A stretch of 64,000 nucleotides of DNA from Hormiphora californensis. Taxonomy: Eukaryota > Animalia > Ctenophora. Shown here in pieces: positions 25,801-36,005 of this stretch. Each line of letters begins with the position of its first letter. Position 1 is the first letter of the stretch. Position numbers and translations under genes: made by a program. The stretch spans positions 5,394,001 through 5,458,000 of the forward strand of contig CM035352.1 of NCBI GenBank assembly GCA_020137815.1. Direction: 5' to 3'. The notes beneath the pieces were generated by a model, which saw only the letters and a program-made list of their open reading frames with translations, ran no database searches and was not told the DNA's origin.

Positions 25801-28800
25801 GTCTACAGGAGAGTGACAGGGCTCTGGTTGAGATGCTGTTTACAGAGAGGAAGATCCAGTTGTTGGTTGCTACGGCAACGTTAGCATGGGGTGTTAACCT
25901 TCCTGCACATCTGGTTATCATCAAAGGTATGTTGTTGGTTCTAGATCACTAGAGAGTCACACCCTGGACCCCTTCATAATAAGTTGACCACCACATCTGA
26001 ATTAGGAAGTTGACCATTCTGATTTTCCAGGAACTGAGTACTACGATGGAAAAGTTAACCGGTATGTGGATTTCCCAATTACTGATGTACTACAGATGAT
26101 GGGAAGGGCAGGCAGGCCACAGTATGACACCCAGGGTATTGCTTGTGTGTACATTCACGACCAGAAGAAACATTTCTATAAGAGGTTCCTATATGAGCCC
26201 TTCCCTGTAGAGAGTAACCTACTAGCAGTACTGACGGACCATTTCAACGCTGAAATTGTGGCAGGTATGTAAGTACTTTGAGTTGGTCCCTCCAGGGTCC
26301 CTCCTTTCACGCCCCAAACCAATGAAGATGCCAGCCAACATACCTATAACAACTTCTTAGTATCTTAACCGACCACCCAAACACCCCCAGGTACAATAAA
26401 GTCCAAACAAGATGCTATGGATTACCTCACATGGACCTATTTCTTCCGGAGACTCCTCAGGAATCCCTCCTACTACAGTTTAGAGGATTTAGAAGATGAG
26501 AATATTAACACTTTCCTGTCTTCCATTGTCAGCATGAAGTTACAGGTTAGTCATCACTAAATCCACCATAAACCCCCTCTCACCAATAGTTAGTGGGTGA
26601 AAAGGCCACAAAACATGAGATTTGACCTTCAAATCTATTTCAGGAGTTGGTTGATTCATATTGTGTCGCAGTAGAGGGACCGGAGGTGCGTCCTGAGATT
26701 CTAGGCTACATTGCCTCCTTCTACTACCTCTCCCACAAGACAGTCAGGATGTTTGCCGATACTCTCACCCCCTCGACTTCATTCAATGATATCCTAACTC
26801 TCTTGTGTCAGGTAGGGTATCCACTATTACACTCCTGATACAGCTGCTAATGTTCCTGCCTTCCAATTCCCACAATTCCACTGATATCTCTCCCCCTCCC
26901 CCGTTATCTAAGACTTTCAACTACCGATATATGACACGAGCCCCTTTCCTCAGGTGACTGAGTACGACGAAATGCCAGTACGACACAATGAAGACAAGAT
27001 CAATGAAGAGATGTCTACCACCCTGCCTATCAGGGTAGCGGCCCACTCATACGATGATCCCCATACCAAGGTTCACCTGCTGCTACAGGCCCACTTCTCC
27101 AGACAGGGCATGCCAATGAGTGACTACCTGACGGATCTAAAGAGTGTACACGATCAGGCCATCAGGATTCTGCAGGTACTGGTTGGGTTGGAGCTGGTTG
27201 ATTCATCTTTCTCTGTCTCTATTATATTCTGGTATCTCTCTCTATCCTTGATTTTGGAGTTGTGCCATCAAATCTCTCTCTCTCCCTAGGCGATGTTGGA
27301 TGTGTCAGCTGACAATGGATGGCTACGAACATCCCTCAACATTATGCACCTCGTCAAGATGATACTGCAAGGGTGCTGGCTGAAAGATGACCCTCTCCTT
27401 CAACTACCCTGTGTACAGCCATACCATATCCCACTGTTTTACACGTGAGTGTGCTCCTTCATAAACACAGCCAATGCTCCTTTATAAATCTTTTTAATGG
27501 ACTCTTATGAAAGTCGCTCACGGATAACTCTATTTAACTTTCAGTGAACAGACGGTGAATCTCTGTTTTCCAGAGATGGCAAAGTTTTACTCCGGAAACA
27601 TTGAATGTCTAAAGAAAGCGATTGGGGAGGAATTCAGTGACCGAGAGATATACCAAATTCAGAAGGGTCTATCACAGCTCCCTCTGTGTCGGGTGTCCCA
27701 CTCTATCAAGGGCTCTGAACTACTCGACAAGAACTATACCCCCGATACGGCTCCTAATGGAGCTCAATGGGTTCCTGTACACGCGGACAAGGAGTATAGT
27801 TTGGAAGTCAGACTGGCATTTGGGTCGGGCAAATCGGGAAAGAATCACGTTCGGAAAGCGGCATGTCCCCGGTTCAACAAGCCCGTTGATGAGACTTGGT
27901 GAGTAAAGTTTTTGGAACTGCTCGTGGTTTTTTATAAATTCAGTTCTGCGGGTATTTGGTTAAGCCAAGTCGGGCAAACATCCCATTGTATTTCCTAGGT
28001 GGGTTATGTTGGGAGAGGTAGAGACTGGTGAATTGATAGCAATGAAAAGGTGTGGGCCATCTCGGGGTAACTCCCTCTCCGTTCCTCTTGCATTCTACAC
28101 ACCAGAGCAGCCAGGCCGACATGTCTACACTCTATTCGTGGTCTCTCAAACGTACCTTGGACTGGGTGAATATTAATTTGTTACTTGTTGTTCCTTAGTT
28201 AGCACTTCTAACGGACCCTAGAAGTTACTAGCTTGTTCTTCAGTACGCCCCCCCCCCCCCCCGATTAGGGCCCTAGAAGGTTCTTGTTCCTAACCCCCCT
28301 CCTGTCCTTCAGATCAACAGTACGATATCTATCTGGACGTGTTAGAGCAGGAGATTCTATATCAGCTGGATGCAGACTTCCTGACAGACGAAGAAGGGGA
28401 GGAATTTGTGGATCCTCAACAAGACGATAAAAAGTTTTATGAAGGAGCACAAAACGAATATTATGAAGGAGCACAAAACGAATATTATGAAGGAGTTGAT
28501 GAAGATGATGGTTTTGTGGATGCTCTTGATCACCCATCTCCCCAAGCCCCAGATATTGATACGATACAAGATGAAGGTGTGAGGGGTCCACCTCCTGGAT
28601 TTGGAGGATCACCAATACGACCCAGGGATCCATCAGGGGCCAGGGGTCCAGCACCATCAGGGGCCATTCAGAGAGGTCCAGCCCCTCCCGGGTTCAGTAC
28701 CACATCAGATAACACCCCACCACCGGGGCTCACCAAGAAGAAGAGGAACAGGGGCAGGAAGAAGAAGGTGAAGGCAGAGGAGGAGGAGGATAAATGGGAT

Positions 28801-28821
28801 GAATGTAATACATGGGAGTAG
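12871..28821 (+). CDS. ASCC3: ASC-1 complex helicase, tandem Ski2/Brr2-like cassettes, multi-exon
   Basis: N-terminal RLTGTIRTF resembles the ASCC3 N-terminus. Cassette 1: [49 protein letters not shown]. Cassette 2: [23 protein letters not shown]. Sec63 domains present. Local indels at ~25170-25315. Confidence 0.93.
13136..13287. mobile_element. Tc1/mariner-type MITE in ASCC3 intron 1
   Basis: TA-CAGTCGGACCCCGATTT...AAATCGGAGTCCGACTG-TA; internal CCGATTTAGTGGC repeats. Confidence 0.85.
16154..16262. mobile_element. 109-bp hAT-type MITE, copy 1
   Basis: TIR CAGGAACCGACCG/CGGTCGGTTCCTG; 8-bp TSD CTTTACAG. Confidence 0.9.
17220..17915. mobile_element. Non-autonomous TIR element with 9-10 bp TSD (Mutator-like)
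   Basis: Imperfect TIR TTGGTTACGAAG...CTTCGATACCAA; flanking direct repeat TCTACTCAC(T). Confidence 0.7.
18791..20016. repeat. Intronic insertion of two 468-bp tandem units plus two ~145-bp tandem units
   Basis: Near-identical units start at 18791 and 19259; second pair at ~19730-19870 and ~19875-20016 with GC hairpins. Confidence 0.85.
20378..21132. mobile_element. MITE with ~190-bp TIRs and TA TSD
   Basis: ACGGGTGACAACTAAAAATTG... is mirrored; near-identical ORFs on opposite strands (20334-20561 and 20949-21167). Confidence 0.9.
22271..23094. mobile_element. TIR element with oligo-G/oligo-C termini and 8-bp TSD, copy 1
   Basis: TSD GATGAATT on both sides; homologous to 32662-33489. Confidence 0.88.
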
Positions 28822-29038
28822 TGTGTGTAGACAGTTGTTATATAACCCTTTGATTTGTTAATTGTTCTGCAATCCCTTTGTTTTAGGGAGAGCGTTTTTA
28901 GTTAAAAATGTATTTTAAATCTATCAAGCAATGTGTAAAATTTAAGTTTAGTTTTTGTAATTGTCAATTCTTCCTGCCAGTACCCCATTCCTCTAACACA
29001 GCTACTTCCACTCCTAGCCCAGGGCCCACTCTCTTGCA

Positions 29039-29179
29039 ATGTCTGACGAGTTCGCTATTGAGACCACTGATGCCGGTGCAGCAAAGTACACTCCCGTCCA
29101 GACTTCAACCATGAAGAAAGGCAGTCACATCCTGATCAAGGGACGACCGTGCAAGGTAATCTTTCTTTCTCGCTCTCTC

Positions 29180-29252
<73 letters not shown>

Positions 29253-29820
29253 GTCTCTCTCACCCTCAAAACCCCCGCAGGTTGACCACATCTCCACCTC
29301 AAAGCCTGGCAAGCACGGTAGTGCCAAGTGCCATCTTGTTGCTATCGACATCTTCACTGGTAAGAAAATGGAAGAGATCTCCCCCGCTCACGCTACCGTC
29401 CACAGCCCAGAAGTGAAACGTGTGGAGTACTTCCTTAGCTCTATCGATGACGGGTTCCTCTCACTCATGGATGATTCTGGGTAAGCGGACAATATTCACC
29501 CTGTACATTGTACAATGTATAGCAACCCTTCCCGAGTCAGCCAGTAGCCACCTTGATTCTTTATCTCACTGTACTCTGTAGTCTTAACATCTACCGAATA
29601 ATGATCTCCCCCATTCTAGGTATCGCTTGCTCATCTCTCTCTCCTAAGTCCTAACCCCTCATCACACAGTGATCTAAAGGAAGATGTCCGTCTACCTGAG
29701 AGTGATCTCGGAACGAAGATCAAGGAAATGTTCGACTCGGAGACACCCTGTATTGTAACTGTTCTATCCGCTATGGGAGAGGAGAGTGTCATTGAATGTA
29801 AAGCGGAGACCCAGAAATAA
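29039..29820 (+). CDS. EIF5A: Translation factor eIF5A; exons 29039-29155, 29281-29480, 29670-29820 (155 aa)
   Basis: [12 protein letters not shown] hypusine loop, [32 protein letters not shown]. Confidence 0.96.
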
Positions 29821-30118
29821 TATGGGATCTTCTTTTTTTTTGGGAGAGACGTGCCATCTTCTTCTCCCAGGGAGAGAAAGAGAGTGTATAACGCTGCTGG
29901 CTCGAGCATCTTATCTTTCTCTCTATTTTTTTCCATCTTCCCCCTTTCTTTTGACCGACCCTGTTTTAGTGGTTTTTAGTGTTTGAATTTACACATGTGA
30001 TCTTGTTTTTGTTTCCCCGACCCCGGTTAGATTTTCCAAGTCCCCCCAGTTGTCCAGCTATCAATTATAGTGAACCTAACTCCACCTTCCTCTCAATCCA
30101 CTCTCTCTACATAGCAAC

Positions 30119-32543
30119 ATGTTAGAACGTCCCGAGGCAGTGTACTATGTGGAGCAAAAGGGTAAAATAGGAACAGTGGAAGTGGCTCTAAAACCCAACA
30201 CAGAGACCCCATTTTCTCTTCAGCTCACTTCTTCGTGTCTTCAGGTATGAACTGCTGGACCCCAAACTGCTGAGAGATATTCACCATGTAGTTACCATTG
30301 TCACAGTTACCGTGTAGTTACCATTGCATTTGGTTACCATTGCCCTAGCTCCCCTCCCCCCCCCCCCCCCCCCAGATTGCAGATGCCCCGGTTCCACTGT
30401 GTGCCAACACCAGAATGAGATATGGAGGTATGGACGACCCCACAGTGGCTGATGGGGTCATTGGACTTAAAATACCCACCGGTAAATAATTTTCCAGCGT
30501 TAATTAAAAGTTAACTAAGAGTTAATTACCAATTAGTTACAGTAAGTGATAATACCCCTCCTTAGATCCGATAATGGAGGTAAACAATGGAAAGGGAGGT
30601 GAGGGACCGACAATTAAAAACATTCAGTGCAACAGATGCTCAAGGAAACTAAATTGCAAGTAAATAGGGTAAACCGGGGCAATTCGAACAACCGGGGCAA
30701 TTCGAACATAGTACTGCCCGTCTCTCACCTAGTTAAGCTATCATAATGACGTCATCCTATCTCCAGAAGAAAACTGCTCGTTCGAGCCTGCCCGTTACCA
30801 CTAAATAGGCTCTAGATCCGGTTTAAGTTGGTCGATTTCCGATTTGAAAAAACCAGCTGAAAGCTAATAATATCAGCTTTCAGATGGTATAAAAATTATT
30901 TAAATATTCGCATGTTTTCATTCCAAATTCTGGTAAATTAATATTACCGGGGCAATTCGAACAACCGGGGCAATTCGAACATGGGCAATTTGGTTAACAC
31001 ACCGGGGCAATTTGGTTAACTCCCGGGCCAATGATGTGCAGTTCTTTGTACCACGTGATCACGCGTGATACCGGGGCAATTCGAACAAGAACGACCAGCG
31101 TGTAGATTGCGTGTAGATTACATTGTTCGAATTGCCCCCACCTCTAACAACACCAGGCGGGAATCTTCTTCTGGTGTTGTGAGGACGTTCACGTGACTCC
31201 CACGTGACGAAATAAAGCACTCCTATTGGTGTTGTCCGAATTGCCCCGGTACCATTTTTTCCGACCAAAATTTTTAAATTAGTTATTTAGTTAAGTAAAT
31301 GATGGTCCCTAGAGTTGAAATTTATCTTATTTGAAAGATAAAATAATGAACTTTAATCCTATATAATTTTTTTCATTGTATCTTTTTTTAAATGGGAGTG
31401 AGAACCGATTAAGTAAAAAGTTAACCATTTTGCCCCGGTTTACCCTACTAAAGCCCCTTTCTTTTGCTCTCTCCCCTAATATTCCCCCTTCTGGGACAGT
31501 AATGCTTCTTTGTTTTCCCATCATTCCACCATCCACCCTCCTAGGAAGTTTACAAGAGTCCTGCCCCTTCCCTCCGCTGCCTGGTATGAGATGACTGACA
31601 CCCTACTGTGTCACGGCAGCCATAAGACTATTGTTAACGGGCTCTTCCCTAGACCAGGTAAAATACACCCCACTCTCACCTTGGTGACAATCACCATTTA
31701 GTTATTCTTTGTATCTCTTTCTCATATTTGCCTTGCTCGACCCTGTCTCACAAAACAATTACAAAACATGTGTCACATCCCCAAATTGGGAGTTTACTCC
31801 TTCACACACCCCCACTCTCTTGTCTCATATAAGACCGTCCTCTTCGCACCGGGCGGGGTGCGTGATGTACAGTCATATTGCCTGACAACCACTCTCCAGG
31901 TGATTGTTTGGTTGGTGAACAGGAGATCTGGGTGGCCTGGGACACCCTAACAAAACAACACGTGTATATCGGTGAAACACGTGACATGGAGCACAGATCA
32001 CGTGTTACTGCCTCTCTACACTGCATCAGGTGTAGAAACATCCTGGGCAGGGTGGTGTACAGTGGAGATAAAGTAGACTGGGCGATAGTGTGGAAACATA
32101 GTATAGCAGGACATGGAGCCCCACTCTACCATATCGAGAGTTATGTGGCCAGGGAGCTGCTAGATGCTAGTACGAGACATGTCAGTTTTAGATTTATAAT
32201 CCTACCCCGGGATGTTAACAATTCTAACACGTTCCGGGGTATTAGGTTGTGGATGATGGGGGGTGATCTAACCATTGCTACATCTCTATCTGAACAACTC
32301 AGCTGGGCATTAGGCCAGATCGGTGGGAAGATTAGTGACAATACCAAGGCAATGAAGGTCCTGTATACTAAACACTGTGAACAGAGCACTGTCCAGGGGA
32401 TATGGACGGATGCTGATGTGATATCCCTGCCGTTAGATCTGTGTTTGAATCTGTGGTTAGTGTTACAGTTGTCTTCTCTAACCCTGCCCCCTAGTAAGAG
32501 ATATGCCCAGAACTGCCGAGTAGGGTACATTAGATATGTGTGA
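30119..32543 (+). CDS. UBE3D: E3 ubiquitin-protein ligase E3D-like (HECT_2); exons ~30119-30244, 30376-30481, 30566-30659, 31545-31657, 31900-32543
   Basis: CxxC pairs (CNRC, CIRC), LPLPSAAWYEM..LLCH, PRPGDCLVG and C-terminal LPPSKR..CRVGYIR resemble the UBE3D/Ipa1 family. Confidence 0.8.
30667..31445. mobile_element. MITE with TA TSD and internal CCGGGGCAATTCGAACA repeats
   Basis: TA-GGGTAAACCGGGGCAA...TTGCCCCGGTTTACCC-TA. Confidence 0.88.
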
Positions 32544-32661
32544 AGAATTGTGTTGAGAAAAACAAAATATAAATTGAGTGAACATTTATCTGTCTAGATC
32601 AGAGATAGTTTGATTGTATATAAGTGTGGAAAAAAGGAAGGAAATCTTTGTGTGTATTTGA

Positions 32662-33489
32662 GGGGGGGGGGACATGTTAATTGTTAATAAATCACCTCTT
32701 TTTTCCGATTTTGTTAATTAACGTTCATTAACAAAATTAACAAAATTAACAAATGCTAAAATATTGATGTTATCGGTTGATAATACGACTTTAACTGATT
32801 TAATTTTGTAGTTTAATAACTTATCTAACGTTTGTATACCCATGCAAGACCTCCTCCGATAACATAACTCCAACATACAAGTTTTTTTGGCTCCAAATCG
32901 ATCAAAATTTAAAGAGTACGAATATTTCAATTTAGCGTGTAAAATTTCACTTGCATGTAATTTTTTCATTGATAATCCATTCTTCAGACGAAAGAAAGTG
33001 ATGTACAACGTTTCTGTTTGAAAAATTCGAAAAAATTCCCAAAATTGCTTTTTTTGGTCAAAAATTGAAAATTTGCTTCGCTACAAATCCTTGTGTTTTT
33101 TTTAGAAAAAATTATTTTTGGGATATTTTTCGATTGAAGGTAAATTTATGAGTCTTATTAAGTTGGAAAATGCGGATTAGTATCATTTGAGCTCAATTGC
33201 GGTTCAGGTTGGCTAGTTTTTGTTCGAATTTACAAAATGGAACAAATCGTTGTGGGAAGGCTGTAGTAGACGGCTTGGGGGTATGCAGATCATGCAGAAG
33301 AAACATCTTTGTTCGCAGAACAATATGTAGCAAGTTTAATACCAAAAAACCACGTGCTAAAAGGACTTTAGATGGTATAAATGGCATTTGTTAATGTTTG
33401 TTAACTTTTGTTAATTATGTTAATAAATCACCTGTTTTTTCGATGTTAATATTAACAAAGTTAACAAAATTAACTTCCCCCCCCCCCCC
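32662..33489. mobile_element. TIR element with oligo-G/C termini and 8-bp TSD, copy 2
   Basis: TSD GTATTTGA on both sides; diverged homologue of 22271-23094. Confidence 0.88.
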
Positions 33490-33662
33490 GTATTTGACTA
33501 ACATGATATTTGACTTTTATAAACACGAGTTTTTCTGATAGATCTAGTAACCATAGTTACATGAGCTGCTTCTGATAGATCTAGTAACCCCCCCCCCCAG
33601 TAACCATGGTTACATGAGCTGCATCCTCTTCTCAGTTCTCACCCTCCCTCTCTATAATAGCA

Positions 33663-34959
33663 ATGTCCATGATACCATCTCTCAAGACAATCAAGGGGAT
33701 TTGTATACTAGATAACGATGGAAAGAGGGTGGTATCCAAGTACTACGATACCACTGACGACACTTTTGCAACAGTAAAAGATCAAAAAGCATTTGAAGGA
33801 AAGGTGTTTAAAGCTACGGAAAAGGCAAATTCAGAGATCGTTGCGATCAATAACTATACTGTGGTGTACAGGTAATGATTCACTTTACAGATCTAAGTTA
33901 GATGATCTAACTCTGGCCCATTTTATCCGAACCCTTTATACCGTGTTACAGTACCCAATATATCCATTCTCTCAGGTCCAATGTTGACTTATTTTTCTAC
34001 GTGTTTGGGGACAGTAGAGAGAATGAGTTAATGCTGTTGTCAGTACTAAATGCTCTATACGATAGTATTAGTATGATCTTGCGGAAAAACGTGGAAAAGA
34101 GGGCCATTTTCGAGAACATGGATAGGTAACTAGATAGGATGTGTTATACCTGCGAGACCCTTCCTTGCTCCTTCCTCCAGTATAGGGGGTCATTGATTCC
34201 TCTCGTGTATATTGTTGCTATCTTATATCAACCTCACTCTCTCCCCAGTGTATTGTTGATATGTGACGAGGTGGCTGATAGGGGGATATTATTGGAATGC
34301 GATGCCACTAACATAGTCAATAGAGTACACGTCAGAACTGAAGATATACCACTCAGTGAACAGACTGTCAGTCAGGTAATGCAGTGCTGTTAATTTAGTA
34401 TGCTGGGAAACATCAAGAGAGAGAATGAGTTAAATTCTTTCTCGCGGTACTACAGCATTTGGGTCTCTACCGCATTTGGGTCTCTCCCCACTATCTCTAC
34501 CGCATTTGGGTCTCTCCCCTCTACCGCATGACCTCTTTTCAGGTATCTTACGATATCCTGAAAAGCTTCAATTGGCTCAGCCAATCTTGAGAGAGAGAGA
34601 AAGCGTCGTGCGAGAGAGCGAGGTAATCATGTTGTGAGTGTGCACTATATTTCTAGTAGACCATGTGTCATGTAGCAACTCTACTATGTATTTAACTGTA
34701 CACTACCTAAAGTTATCAACTCCGCCGAAGCATACTACTATATAACTTACTTACCAGCTGTGATACGTGTGTCTGTGCGATTTCTGCATCTCTCAGCATG
34801 CCCCATTAAATGTCTAACAAATCATTGAAACTCTATAAACACATGTGTTATGTTCTTTGAAATTCTAAAAATGTACATCTTCCACACAACTTGACATGTC
34901 ATTTGTTGCAGGTGTTCCAGTCTGCGAAGGAGCAACTCAAGTGGAGCTTGCTACGCTAG
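33663..34959 (+). CDS. COPZ1: Coatomer subunit zeta; exons 33663-33871, 33976-34125, 34249-34375, 34912-34959
   Basis: [55 protein letters not shown]. Confidence 0.95.
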
Positions 34960-35172
34960 CTACCCCCACTGTGTGTCCCTCTCTCAATGTATATCAAATA
35001 TTCCTAACAAACCGCTGAGAGACTCTCCCCCTCCCTGCTCTCTTGTAAAGTGGACATAACCCCCCCCCCCCTACAATATATAAATTTGTTTTGTGTGATT
35101 TGTGCTATTATATCTCTGTGTGTTCCCCCATCGGCGACTAAATATGTGTATAATGTCTTTTCTTTATTATTA

Positions 35173-35897
35173 GGGTAGAAAGGGGTAAAATGGCACACGG
35201 GGTAAAATGGCACATGTATGGGGTAAAATGGTCCTAGTTATTACATGTAGTCACGTGACTTTTTCTCCAGCGGAGACCTGCTCGTTCTGTTCCGAATTTT
35301 TGCTTTAAAACTGCTGTAATTTCTGTTTGAGTTGGCCGATTTTAATTTTGCAAAAACTGCCAGTTAGGGTTTTTATCCTTCTAAAACTTGGTATAAAAAT
35401 TTTTCAAAAAACCCACTATTAAGTTGATTAAATTGTCAAATTAGTCAAACTGGGGTAAAATGGTTCACCCTCGCTGGGGTAAAATGGTTCACCCTGGGAC
35501 CAATGAAATCGAGCCTCCAATACCACGTGATACCAACTGGGGTAAAATGGTCCAGCACACTGGGGTAAAATGGTCCAGCAGAACAGAAATTACTGAAGAT
35601 AACATGGACCATTTTACCCCAGTGCTCTAACAACACCAGGCACGTGATAAAAATCGAGCAATGCTATTGGCTGGACCATTTTACCCCAGTGCAAAATTTC
35701 CAAAAAAAGCCCTACCAAACTTTTTGAATTGATTAATTAAGCTATTAAATAAAACTTTCAGATTTTAAAATTTAGCTCGTCTGAAAGGAAAACGTTTCAT
35801 TGGATAGCCTATATAATTTTTTTTCTTCTTGCTGTATAAATTGAGTATTTTAGAACCTAAAACGTTAGAAAGTGTGCCATTTTACCCCTTTCTACCC
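35173..35897. mobile_element. MITE with TA TSD and internal GGGGTAAAATGG repeats
   Basis: TA-GGGTAGAAAGGGGTAAAATGGCAC...GTGCCATTTTACCCCTTTCTACCC-TA; same architecture as 30667-31445. Confidence 0.88.
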
Positions 35898-36005
35898 TAT
35901 AGCTATAGTTTAAATTGAATTTAATTGTTCTTTACAGTTTGTTATTTTGTGTAATTAAGTAATTAAAGCCCAATTAATTAACTTATTATCTCTTTACAGC
36001 TAGTT

